This document shows positions 24,257 to 36,929 of a DNA stretch of 64,000 nt, one piece after another (position 1 is the first letter of the stretch; the number at the start of each line of letters is the position of its first letter). The stretch spans positions 2,309,988-2,373,987 of the forward strand of contig CAJFCJ010000005.1 of the NCBI GenBank assembly GCA_904063045.1. The letters are read 5' to 3'. The notes beneath the pieces are model-generated. The model ran no database searches and was not told where the DNA came from. It worked only from the letters and a program-made list of their open reading frames with translations. Made by a program: the position numbers and the translations under genes. This DNA is from Dimorphilus gyrociliatus. Its lineage: Eukaryota; Animalia; Annelida.

Positions 24257-24899
24257 CTAATAGAGGAGAGGAAAGAAAAAAAAAACCAAAAATAAAAACA
24301 ATGAATAGATAATTTCAAATGAAAATTAATATCTTTCTCTTTTTGTTTTCCCTTTTTACTGTAGAAAGTATTATTTAATGTATCAATCCAATGGATAATT
24401 AAGCTAATTATAATAATAAAGGCCTATAATTAATTTATACAAATACAACAAATACACATACAAGAACACCAACAATACTGAATGTTATATTTATGTATAT
24501 ACTGTATATAGAATCTAGCTATATTTAAAGACATGCTAGGCCTAACATTTATAATTGTGAATATCGATCATGCAATTTGTTCACAACAAAGAATATCAAT
24601 GAACAACCTAGAAATAATAATAATAATAATATTTCATTCTTTTTCTCATGCTATAGGCCTCTCTGGAGACTTGTAACAAACTATACTGAATAGGCAAAAA
24701 TAAAGAAAGAGGGGAGAAATTATACATAGTTATTTTAATGAATGTAATAATTTCTAATAAAAATATATATATCTTATATATTCAATATCTATTTTTGGCG
24801 CTTGTTTTTTTTTTTAAAAAAAAAAAGAAAAGAAACTATTAATATGAAACTCTTTCTAATTATTACTATTACGACAGTTATAAATTATTACTATAATAC

Positions 24900-25113
24900 C
24901 ATTTTTAGTATTACTATTCTTAATTGGCCCATTTCTAGAGTTCTCTCCTAAAATTGACATACTATTAGCATTATCATCCGTATGCTTTCCTAAAGCCATT
25001 GACGTCGGCGATGTTGTAACATCTCCTCTAGTTTCTTTCGACCATGAACTCTTTCCAGCTTTACTTATTGTATATCTTCTCGTAAACATACAAGGACATA
25101 ATGCTTGTCCCAT
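24900..25113 (-). CDS. Alternative first coding exon C of the IQ locus: MGQALCPC lipidation motif
   Basis: The ORF starts MGQALCPCMFTRRY. Its phase-1 donor (AAT G|gtatta) at 24900 fits the core acceptor, and 214+1739 nt is divisible by 3. Confidence 0.7.
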
Positions 25114-25553
25114 GTTTAACAGTTCTTTTTTTTATCTCCTCTCTTTCTCTTGTAAAAGTTGAAGGTATAAGCTATAAGTCTCGTTTCGTATTATCCTTTA
25201 AACTACGGTCAATAGATAAAGAGGATAAAGTAGCGACAAGTAGAGAGAGAGAGAGAGGGAGGCAAAACAAGAGTTGAAAGATTACGAAAGAAAAGTAGAT
25301 AAGGATTCTACGTTTCTTTCCAAAATAATGCTCTCTTTGGACTTTTCCAATAAATTTTATATGTTTTAATTTCTTCAAACAATTCTTTTATCTTTAAAAG
25401 ATAATAGTCCTTCCTTTTAAAGTGTTCCTCTTTCCTTTACTTAAGTAAACTGATATTAGTCGCGAAATATCAGCAAAATAAAGGATCTTCTTTTCAATCT
25501 TTTATCATAAAATATTTTTATTACCAATGTAGAGCAGAGGTGAGAGAGAGAAT

Positions 25554-25587
<34 letters not shown>

Positions 25588-27016
25588 ATTATTCAATTCT
25601 TTTTCTTTTCTTTCATATACATATAGATATATAGATAAAAGATTGTGCGATGTCTTCTCTTTTAGTAAATTCTGTGGTAAAGTTCGTTATGAGAAAAAAA
25701 AGAAAAGAAAATTATTCAATCAACTCAGTTTATTTCGTATCCTAATTCTTTTTTTGTACAGTAACAAAATTTTGGTGTGAAAAATATTGTTATAAATGGA
25801 ATATGAGATAAAGAGAGATATATCTTGTGCTTGGAGGGTGAAGGAAGAGGGTAAAATAGACAGAGACTGAGAGACAATGAGGGGAAGGGGTGAGAGGAAA
25901 AGAGATAAATTAAAGAAAAGAATGAGTAAGTAAATAAATAAGAGAAACTATGTATGACAGAAAAGGTGAAGATTGTTATAAAAGAGATATTTTGTTTCAT
26001 AACAGCCTAGTAAGTGATAAGAAGTGTTTCCTCCCAATATATCTAATATTGTTATATGTATGCATATTTTGCTAAAATCAATATTTTACGAGCTAGTACA
26101 GTCTAGCGTTTATACTTGCATTTAACAGTGCAACTCAGCATGTCAATTGCTAAAATCTTAGGGTTAGTTTACAACCTATATATACATGTATACTTGTATT
26201 TAATTATTGTAATTATAAAAATATCTGTTTTTTAGTTTACTTTGCTAAAAAACCTGTCTCATATACACAAATACAAACACACATACACATGTATAATGGG
26301 AAATAAAGAGAGGGAGGGAGAGAGAGAGCGAGAGAGAGAGAGAAACAAACAAATAAAATGTAATATTTTGTTTCTTTTCTATCAATGTCTCTCTTTCATA
26401 TTTTCCAACGCTATATAAAAAAAATTAATATGCCACCGGTATCATATTTAGTTAATTTATTTATAAAAACCCTATTGAATTCTGAATGGCAAAATATTTT
26501 TAATGGCACTTTTTTGCATATAAATAGTTTACTTTATAGTTTTGTCAATTACATTATACTTTCTTTAGATAATAAACTGTATACAAAGCAAACCTTAGGA
26601 AATCTCTTATCACTTTATAGTTAGAGGAAAACTAATTATTATAAAGAAGAGAGTATTTTTTATTAATTATATCTCTTTGAAGACTAAAGGGTGATGGAGA
26701 GAGAAAAAAGGTTTAAACAAAATTTATATACAGCGTTCGTATATATAAATAGAAAAAAAAGAGAAAATGGATATATTAATTTTTTTCTAGGAGAACAAAT
26801 AGATATGGTTGAAGAAAAAAAAATTATACTAAAGATGATAGAGAGATGGAAAGAAAAGGAAAAGAATATAAGAAGAAAGAATAAGAGAAAAAGGATAACC
26901 TTTTTCTCCTTTTTTTTTCCTCAAATATAAATAGAAATTAATGAGTTGATCTATCTAAGTATTAAACAAAAAAAAACCTCCTAAAAACATAAAGGGAAGA
27001 ATTGAAATAAAACTTA

Positions 27017-27216
27017 CGAATGCTATCTCAATAAAGCTGCGATATTAATGCGAAAAGTTTTAGCACTCTGACGGCTACGCTAACCAATTGATTGGTAAAG
27101 GTATACCAATAAATTCATACATAGTTAAAGGTAGAACGAATTGTTATTACAATGTGAATCGCGTTGATGTAAAGAACAAATACCGCATATAAACAGGTAA
27201 AAGCGAGTGACGTCAC
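27017..27216 (-). promoter_or_regulatory. Intronic promoter-like island, probably for the MGQALCPC isoform
   Basis: GTGACGTCAC (CRE) at 27207-27216, inverted CCAAT pair at 27084-27095 and a minus-strand donor c|gtaagt at 27017. Confidence 0.45.
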
Positions 27217-27294
27217 CATCCTCCTCCAGGTGTGCATATATGCATAAATATATGTGTATGCATACGTACTAAGATATATACATTGTATACATAT

Positions 27295-27329
27295 ACATAC
27301 ATACATACATACATACATACATACATACA
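27295..27329. repeat. (ACAT)n microsatellite
   Basis: Visible tetranucleotide array. Other simple repeats: (GA)n near 8320, 20005, 25545; (TA)n near 18440-18535, 27450, 46660; (TG)n near 16620. Confidence 0.9.
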
Positions 27330-27441
27330 ATGCACACGAAAAGAGAAAGAGGTAGTTTAAGCAAACACTTAAGAGGGAAGGGCGGCGTCGCAAGCGTCAC
27401 TTTTATTTTTAGGTTGATTAAATTATTAAATTTGATATATG

Positions 27442-27479
<38 letters not shown>

Positions 27480-27955
27480 CATCCTTTTTTGATAAAGTGA
27501 TTGACTTATCAAAAGGAAAAAAGAACTTTAAAGTCTAAAGCCTTAAAAGAAAAAGATAAAGAAAGACATTTTCAATTCTTTTTCTTCAACTTTTTTAATT
27601 AACTTTCCTAAAAGTTAAATTAAAATTAAATTAGGTCTTTCTTTGTTGACAAATTAATTAAAATATAACAATTATACATATACGATTATATATGCCTAAT
27701 TTCATTCAAGCAAAAGCTACTCTTTATTAGTAGTAAATTTTAATTAGGGTTGGGCAATAAGACTACGAGGTAAAGAGATAAATATTTGGGGGAATAGGAC
27801 GTAAAATTTTGGGAATAGATTGATTTAATAGAAATCTCTCACTTTCGGTTCGTTCATTAAAGTTTACTAGATGGCGTATTAGAGCGTGTTAATAGAATAC
27901 AGTGCACAAAAAAAGCGCTGTTCTTCTATAAACATACAGCTATTGTTTCACCCAC

Positions 27956-28592
27956 CATTCTCGTCTCCTTTACTGACCACGCCTTCATCGTCCGTTGCTT
28001 GAGTTACGATAATACCGATTTTATTGTTCTTTTCGGTAATATCATTTTCTTCGTCTTCTACATGCTCCCCATCAAATATCCTAGTAGAATGCTTATGTTC
28101 TTCCTTATCTCCTTCTTTAATCGTTTTATCCGTTTCGATGGTTACCCTTTTTTCTAATGTATCTTCATCGTCGCCTTTGGCTGTTCCCTCAGTTTTTATA
28201 ACCTGATGAACAATCGTTTCCTTACAAATACTCTCATCGTTTCCTTCCTCTCTTATAGTAGACTTCAACTCCTTTTCGCTGACAAACGATATTACTGTCT
28301 TCGACCCTTTTGCATCATTTATTCTTACTTCTTCCCCTTGCGAATCCTTGTTAACCGGGTTCCGTATAACGGTCACCTCCTGCGCTTGATTAGGTTTCTC
28401 TACTTTTCCATCTTCTTCAACATTCTCAGAAGGTTTTTCTTCTTTCTCATTAGTTGAATCGTTACAAATTTCTTCTACCGGTTTATCAATTTTCTCCTGT
28501 TTGCCGGCTTCCTCTGATTTTATTTGATCATCTTGAGGTTCGTTATCGTTAATATTCTTTTCATCAGCCTCTTTACTTCCCGTACAACCCAT
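27956..28592 (-). CDS. Alternative first coding exon B of the IQ locus: MGCTGSK lipidation motif plus acidic linker
   Basis: The ORF starts MGCTGSKEADEK. Its phase-1 donor (AAT G|gtgggt) at 27956 fits the core acceptor at 24256, and 637+1739 nt is divisible by 3. Confidence 0.78.
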
Positions 28593-30335
28593 ATTAATTT
28601 TCCGAAGTTATTACTAAAAACAGAAAATTACAAAAACTTGCCAGTATAAGTTCTCTGCCGCTCAGACTGCCTGCCTTTATGTTCTTGTAACAGGTGTTTC
28701 GAATAAAAAAAAACTTTTGTACAGAAGTTAGAATCCGCTCATATAAGTCAGTTTTCTATAATTTTTTGTTTTTGATAAATAGATTCTTTTCAAGGATAAT
28801 CTATCAAATAATCTTCTTTAGTCAGGAGATTTCAATAAAAATTTGTAATCTCCCCAAAATTACTTGCTATTTAAACTTTGATGAATAAGAATAAGGCTGT
28901 AAAACTAGTTATAAAACAAGACAGCACCAACAAAGTGCAGTGTGCAACTCGCAGCCGGCGGGGAAAATGATAGTAAACACTCCTTGTCTGACCAATCCGA
29001 GGCGCCACGCCTACCACCGCTTGTCTCCTCTCTTATCGCATAAATCACTTTAATTAGGCCTAATGTTTGCTCCAAACTTCCGTTTGTCTAGTTTAGATGT
29101 ATTAAAAAAAAAAACTTTTTCAACTCTCACTGCCTCCCTTCTTCTTTCTCCTCTCCCCTTTTCAATCTCTCTCTCACTCTTTCTCAATTCCTTATACTAT
29201 TAAATTGACATAAACTATATACTGTATGTATATATATATATATGAAAAGAATACGAATAAAAGAGGGAATGGGGCATTTTTTTTAACGATCCCGTCAAAT
29301 TCGTATCGTCCTTGAATAAAAAAAAACTCTATTTTTACAACGTGTTGGCGGCTATATGTTACGAAATCAATTAGTAATTGTTATAATAACTGTTAAAGAG
29401 CATTGGAATGAGGGAACAGAGGGAAGAAAATTAAGATAGGAATGACAGAAGGAGAGAGTAGGAAGATAGATTAACATGCAGTTAATACAAGTATACAAGA
29501 ATATATATATATATATATATTATTCTCCTCCTTTACTTCTTTCTCTCTATCTATCTATCTATCTCTCTCTCTCTCGCTCTCTCTAATCTCTTGGCTTTGT
29601 TTTATAATTATGGGAAAAAGAGAAATTATCGTATAGAGTTCTTATAAATCGTCTCGTTCTATTTTTCTTCGAAAAAGCAAAAGGATAAGACGTTGATAAA
29701 GAGGAGTCAGAAGTTGATTACAAACTAAAAGTGATTTAGTGCCGCTGTGTTGATTCCTCAATCGTCGTGGTACTCAAAACAGTTTAAACTAGAACAAAGA
29801 TAAATGGCAAATGGTTCCATTTTATCTTCTCTCCACTTCTATCTTTATATTCGTTTCGAAAAACATTTGAGATTACGTAACGCCAACGTTTTAACCCGCT
29901 GCCCTTAATCCCTGCAACCCCCATCTTACATTCGCAGATGCTTCGTATAAATAGTTGCACATTGGACGTAATATGAATCTTTCATTTATATTAGCCATCA
30001 TCGTAGAGTTAGACTTTATGGGCTTGCAGATGTAAAAAAAAAAGAAAAAAAAAAGAAAGGCCTCTATTGTGCTGGCCTCTGTCGTCAGTTTACACCACTT
30101 AAAACATTAAACCAAAAAGATTTGGGATTTTAGAGAATAGAATAATAAAACGAAAAATGCCTTTTATCTTAGGTTCTCCTTTTACATTTCGTCTTATGGT
30201 ACAACTGTATAGAATTGTATACTCTAAAATAAACACATACAGTATCTAGATAAACAATATCTGGTTACCGAATATTGGACAACACCATTTTTGAAACAAT
30301 ACAGAGAACTTTGTAATATAGTAAATTGGACTTAC

Positions 30336-30596
30336 GTTTTCTCTCCTCTAATAATTTCTCGAAATATAATGCTGAAAATGCGCATATATCTTGTGGCTGA
30401 GTCCTTAGCACCTCTCTTGCCAATCCTTCTAGCAATGCTTGGAAACCGCGTGGGACTCGAACTTTACCCCTTACATTCGTAAAGGGTACACCCGCTGATG
30501 GACTTCTAATAAGATGTAAATATCTCCTTTAAATTGACTATATTTTCTCGCCAATTGATATACTCACGGATATTGTACTGATTGATTCTCAGACAT
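30336..30596 (-). CDS. SPA17: Alternative first coding exons A of the IQ locus: Sp17-type RIIa dimerisation/docking domain (30596-30568, 30505-30336)
   Basis: Translates to MSENQSVQYPSPSAGVPFTNVRGKVRVPRGFQALLEGLAREVLRTQPQDICAFSALYFEKLLEERK, matching the Sp17 N-terminus pattern (PFSN..R(I/V)PxGFxxLLEGLxRE(I/V)LRxQP..FAAxYFExLL). Junctions are CC|gtgagt, attag|A and C|gtaagt (phase 1). It is absent from the ORF track because the large exon has no in-frame ATG. Confidence 0.85.
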
Positions 30597-30739
30597 TATT
30601 CAAACTACATAAAAAATATAAAGGAAATCAGTCGTTACGAAATGTTTTTGGAAATTTAATTAAATAATCATTTTTTTTTATTTATTTTACATGCTAGTAT
30701 TAAAAATTGTACTTACATAACAAGTAACTTAATAAGTGA

Positions 30740-30814
30740 CTTAGAGTTATCACCGTTGCCAAGATAATGTTTGGCCAAAAACAAGATTCTGCCGCTTTGC
30801 AATACGCATGCGTA
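30740..30814 (-). promoter_or_regulatory. Putative promoter of the RIIa isoform: RFX X-box-like site and NRF1-like palindrome
   Basis: GTTGCCAAGATAAT at 30755-30768 (perfect GTTGCC half-site) and TACGCATGCGTA at 30803-30814, upstream of a non-coding exon donor (AT|gtaagt, about 30716). Confidence 0.45.
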
Positions 30815-31064
30815 GGACAGGTATTTTATAAACTGGTGTAAAAAATTTCGCAATATTATTAATATTCGCGCCAACTTTTCGAATAATTACTATATAATTA
30901 ACGCAAGTTAATTCACGAATTTTGTGTTTTTATCATATTATAAAAAACGTCGAAATACATAATCCCTTTAAAAGAGGTTACATTGATTTATAAACAGTCA
31001 CAAATCACACTAAAAATAGACAGAGAACGTCTTCCGTTCCAAAAAAAAACTATCAAAAAAAAAA

Positions 31065-31866
31065 TCAGTCATTTCCCTTCATTGTATCAAATTTCGACTT
31101 ATGATTCTTTGCTGAGTAGATAAAATAGGTTAGAGCTTCCTTTTCATTCACTCTAATTGAACGAAAATGCCTGGCAACTGACTGTGAAAAGAGAAAAAGA
31201 AAACAAAATATACACACGTGTTTTAATATTTAGATTTCAAACGCTTTTATAAAAAAGAAAATCTCTTATCGATATTTTCAAAGTTTTTAAAATGAAAATA
31301 GAAAGAGAAAGAAGAAATTCGACTACAAAATCAAAGAGATATCCTATAAACTTACGTCAGCCAGTTGAGATTTATTGCTCCCTTGTTTGATTGGAAGTTT
31401 AAAGTGACGTCGGTAACGTTTTAACATATTCATTGGCATGCTATTGAAGTCGACCTATATAAAGATAATTGATAATTTGATAAATGAAGAGGATAGGGAA
31501 CTTGGGTGAAATGCTATGAAAGATAAATACCACAGAAATTTCTTCCCTCGTGTGCAATTCGCTCTCTTTTCTCTTCCTTTTTACTCGGACGTTTTGGATC
31601 ATGTTTTTGTGGTGATCACAAATGTAGATGTGTCCGTGCTAAAATGATATTTGTAACGTTTACTTAAGGATTTACTTTATTATTTAAAGAAAACAACTTA
31701 CAGAATTGTCAATATTCAACTTCAAACGTTTTTGTAAAGCTTGTTTCTGTATACGCTTATTGTATACAGCATTACCAGCCGGCCGACGGCAATTCCTTCC
31801 ATCGTCCGTTAGGCAACAATATTGAACAGATGACCTCTGCTCTTCAGTACGAGAGTAACCATTCAT
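31065..31866 (-). CDS. SAP30: Sin3-associated protein SAP30/SAP30L, 4 exons
   Basis: [74 protein letters not shown]. All introns are phase 0; stop at 31065-31067. Confidence 0.93.
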
Positions 31867-33160
31867 ATCCCTACAAATATATGTCTTTGGATTAACATTC
31901 GATCAAGGAATAAGCAAACAACAATGTGATTATAATAGAAAATATTATTCAATTACGATCACGTATAGAAAAGCTTTAAAAACTTTCGTAAAAATAATTG
32001 TTTACCGTAGTTAGGATATAATTAAGACTGAATTTGGTTTGTAGTTATTTTTGTGCAATTTTCTGGTTAGTACGTTCCCTGATCGTTGTAAATCGCTCAA
32101 AAACCAAGATGCTAAACCAACTAGAATTCTAAACAATATGGCGTATGAGAGAATCCTAAATGACGTTATCTATTTTTAGAAACAAGGTATTTCCCAAACT
32201 TGAGGTAGAAGCTCCGACTAAGCTATTAGTGGTCATTTTTTGTTATGAGTAGTAACCACACTAATTCCTTGACCTTTTCTGTATCGTCGATAGGCTTTTA
32301 AAGAGATTTGGAAAAAGAACATATAAGAAATACAATATAGCCTACATACATGTGAACATATATTATCGGAAATTTAGCATTTGCCATTAATAAAATGAAG
32401 TATTAGCAATCACAAAGGGAAAGAAAATTTAAAATAGAACATTCTGTCAAAATCGATTACTTTTAAGTAGAGCGGCTATATTTTTGGATTATTTTGATAT
32501 TTAAGAAAGATATATAAGTTGATGCTATATTCGTAATTTGTCAAAAATTATCGATATTTCTCGCCTTAAAATAAAATGTAAAGGAAAGAAGAAAGAGAGG
32601 AAAAGAAACAAAGAAAGAATAAGATAAAACTCTTCTTTTTTCCCAAACTTAAAGAATGTTAACAATTTGATGTAACCTTATTTCTTTATTTATGAAAGTA
32701 TATCTTGTCTATATAAAGATCTGTGAAAGAGAAGAAGAAGAGATGGGAAAAGCAAACGGAAAAGATGTATAGGAAAGTGAACGAGAGAGAGAGAGAGAGA
32801 GATCTAGTGAAAGAACAAAAGAATTATTCTCATCTCTTCCTACCTTACATAGGAAGAGATGTAAGTTTTAATAGATGAAAGGCCGAGACTGAGACGAGTA
32901 GCTAATAAAATATAATATAAACTGGTGGAAAACGACATTAATATAATCTTATCATCCTATACACAGTCTTTATCCCCTTTTTAACTATATGAAGAGAATG
33001 AAATAAGGCGTATACAACCTTACATATAAATTTTTATATGTTGTTATATACTGTATATAGAGATAGATAGATGGATATTGATGTGTAAAATTCTGCAGCT
33101 GTATTATCTCTCAAGTAGTTTATACTTTGTAACTAATAATAAAATAAATTTTATCTATAA

Positions 33161-36084
33161 TCAAGCAGAAGATGGCATCAGAGTTGCGTTGCAGAGAGGT
33201 AAATTATTAGATGAAATAGTTGAATTGTTCCATACACATAATTTTGTCCATTTAATATCTACGTGAAAATTTCGACGGATAATATAGCCACAAATAGGCA
33301 AACATGCAAATATAACGAATATTAATAGGCGTAGGGCTATCAATTTCACTTTAGATTCTTCGTTGTTACTATTTAATAGTGCTATATAGAGAATTGAAAT
33401 GAAAAAAATCTTTTACTATAATAAACAACAGGAAAATAAACGTTAATTCGAAGACTTACGTATATTTTCATTAATATCATTTACTGATGCTACTGGTTCC
33501 TCATTTATTATGTTACTTATATTGCTTCTTTCAGCAGCTTTGGCCGCTTCCTTCTCAAAGTTCAGTTTTGCGACAAATATTAAGACAAATAAATCTTCGG
33601 CAAATATTCCAATTATATATCCAAGCCATAAGCCTATAAGTGTATATGTGTATAATAATATATTTTATCTCTTATAAACACTAAATAAATAAGTATTTTA
33701 ATAGAAAAAATTGATGGTAATAGTTACATAGTGCTGCCATCTAATGGCTTTTTTCCCAAATAATTTCTCTACAAGTGTGAATAATAGTTATATAGTTTTT
33801 ATTTAGATACTGATTAGATTTTCTACAAATTTGCACTAGTTATGAGATTACATAATTAGTTATATATATATATATATATCTTATCAAAATACTTACCAAG
33901 AAGCGCTAGTTTCGTTTTAAACATTAGAACTATTCCTATTGGTAGAGCTAATACGTAGTAGGCCGTGAATATTAATATAGCTCCTAAACCCTGACGACCT
34001 GTCCCTCTTATTATTCCTATACCAACGCCCTGTAAAATTGCCAATAAAAAAAAATATAGTAATAATTCCATTATTTTTCAATTTCCTATCTAACTAATAA
34101 ATAGGATTTGCTTCTATTTTATAGATCTATATACTTGTATATTAAAATTAAGTTTTCTATTTCGATGAAGGCCTACTTACCCCAACTCCTTCAAGTAGAA
34201 TAAATATGCAAACTAAGTACATCATACTTGCAGTATAGTTGGCAGTTTCCCTGCAATAAAATTTATATTTGTTTTTTTTTCCTTTAGAATAAAGAGGTTT
34301 TTCTTCTTGGAGAAGATAGGCACTTACTGATTTGAAGTAAACGCTTTGGGAATGTAATCTTTTAACATGTAAACAGCCATTGCAAATATCAGGGAGATAG
34401 CACCTTGCACTATTAAGGATACCCTACAAGATACTTTTGCCCAATTTGGATTATTTGAACCCAAATGCTGTCCAACTCTCGCTGTACATGCACCTCCTAA
34501 ACCCAAAGGAACCATAAAGGCAAAGCCTTCCAATTGGAACATTATTGAAAATGTGGCAATAGCCTCTTTACTATTTGGTAATCCGCCTACCAAAATGTGA
34601 TACTTTCATTTTATGAATAAATTTGGGTATAATTAACGAAAATATTTATTTACCCGCCAAAAACGTTCCGCATTCAGTGCACAGCCAGAATAAAACTGTC
34701 ATAAATATAGATAAAGCAGCAGTTTTTGAAATTGGACCCCATTTTTTCAAGCAGTCCCAAGTCCATCCTTAATAGATTAAAAGTTAAATTGGTAGAGTCA
34801 TTTTATCGAAATTACTAATTATAAACAATTTTGATTTACCGTCCCAAGTTTCCCTGTATATTCTACAGCCCCAAATGTAGGCGAATAATTGAAAAGTTGT
34901 CAAATAGTATGTTAAAGCAAGTGATATTGCTGATCCACTGCAATAGATTTTTAAACATTACTGTTTAGTTAAAGGGTTCAATTTGAAATTTAAACTAACA
35001 TAATGCCCATTTTAGCTTGATAAACCAATCCATAATGGAGTATGGCATTAATTACACAGCTTATAATGCAGATGATCAAATTGGCAATAACACGGTTCTG
35101 GAAAGATTAAATCTCATGAAACCAACTAAAAAATAAAGAAGAGATAATTTATTTTCTACGGATAAATACCTGACAAAGTAAATATCGCATGAGTGTGAAT
35201 AGACAGCAGTAGGCCTGTATACAGATATTCATTTAAATATATATTTATTAGAGAAACATAATAGAAATATATCCTATTCAAACTTAAGAATAACAAACCA
35301 AAATGCCAGGTGAAAAGTAAAGGACGTATTGTTGAACTTTGGCAGAAACTTCGGCATCTTGCTTGAGCAAAAGCAACAACGATTGAATGTTCAAGAATAT
35401 TGCAACAATTGGGAAGCATGTGAGTAAAATTAAAAAGAAGCATTTTTGCAGATAAAGACCAACAAGTTTCTTGTTTGTTCCCCCGTATAACTGGGAAAAA
35501 TATGTGTCTGCTCCAAAAGCTAAACCCCTGCCAACACTAACACAAACGATGTAAATGACCTATTGAAATGAGGATTGTCAATCTCTTGAATAGAAATTTT
35601 TTATATATAATAAATTAAGCCTACCGAAATTGCTAGGGAGGCGGCAGCCAAGTCCGTTTTACCCAGGTGACCGCAGAACATTAAGCTAATTGGTTGTATT
35701 AGGTAATGGAATAGCATAGATAAGGACTGGAAAGATATAAGAAAAAACAAAAAGATTTATATAAAAAAATAGCCCAAGAAACTAATGAACCGTGAGATGG
35801 CGTCTCTCTAATGCGTTCTATGATATGAATAAAAGAAAGAAAATATGAATATCTCCTTCAATGGTTATTATTTTCCCTACTGAAGAAAACTTAATGATAA
35901 AAGATAAATGAATAGAGAAGATTCTAATGAATAAAATTTAATTATAAAACTTAAATAAAAATCATTTGCAAACCGTGGGCCATGCCAAACTTAATATCTT
36001 TTTGAATTCCAACCAGTAGAATGTTGGGAAGAGGCCAGTTGATACTTGTACCTCATCATCTGTTTCATTTTCTTCTGCTTGCAT
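33161..36084 (-). CDS. SLC47A: Multidrug and toxin extrusion transporter (SLC47A/MATE1-like), multi-exon
   Basis: Exons read ILSLAWPT, MFCGHLGKTDLAAASLA, FGADTYFSQLYGG, VPLGLGGACTARVGQHLG, GIIRGTGRQGLGA and YYVLALPIG, followed by a final C-terminal TM helix. Internal exon bounds are approximate. Confidence 0.92.
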
Positions 36085-36366
36085 ACTGGGGAAAAAAATC
36101 AATTGCAAATCCTTAAGCTATGTTCTGCTTATTCGGTTCCATTTTTTAGAATGCAGAGATAAATTGAAACCTTTAATCGCTAACATTTCATACGAATATG
36201 AGACGATTAAAAATCGATCAATGTAACTGCGCAGTAAATAGAAACTGTCGAACCAATTCAACAATTGGCAACATCATTCTTCTATTGAAGAGTGAGGTTT
36301 TGTAGGCCTATGCCTGATACCATCCGTAGTGCCCTCTAAATATTTTTTTGATACAGATATTGGTTG

Positions 36367-36397
<31 letters not shown>

Positions 36398-36929
36398 GAA
36401 TATAAGCATAAAATTCACGCCATCTTTGAACTAATACTGTAGTAAAAATGGAGAAGGTTTGAAATCGATAAAATATTATTTTTTATGTTGACAAGATTAA
36501 TTCGACAATTTTAATTCGTTCATACGTAAACTAGTCACGTTTTTAAGTTTTCATTCAGCTTTATTAATCTATTTAAGTTGAATATGGAACGTAATTATTG
36601 ATCATGTGGTTTTTTGTTAATAATCTTATAAATTAGCTTGAAATTGATAGTAACGCTTTTCTCCCTAATAAAATAAATTATAATCAAATAAACTCAATTT
36701 AATATCTTAATTAATAGTTAATTAACTTCTTTATTCTTTTATAAATTACAGTTTTATTCGATTATTGACTTGTCAAATGCTTTAGCATTGAAAGTTTACT
36801 GGAATCACATTGAATGCAAAATATGGGACTACTAACAATGTTTTTATTCTTTTATCGTTTCCTTTCCAAGTTTAGGCATACCTAATTTATCGTCTGCTCC
36901 AACTCTAAAATTATATTAACCACATAACT

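Noticed and set aside
28614-28641. GC-AG micro-intron upstream of the MGCTGSK exon
   Set aside because: Only about 28 nt, shorter than any other intron seen here. The acceptor more likely pairs with a farther donor or a leader.
30452-30462. GTTCGAGTCCC on the minus strand, resembling a tRNA T-loop/B-box, plus an adjacent hairpin
   Set aside because: No cloverleaf or A-box. The bases encode VRVP in the RIIa exon, which explains them fully.
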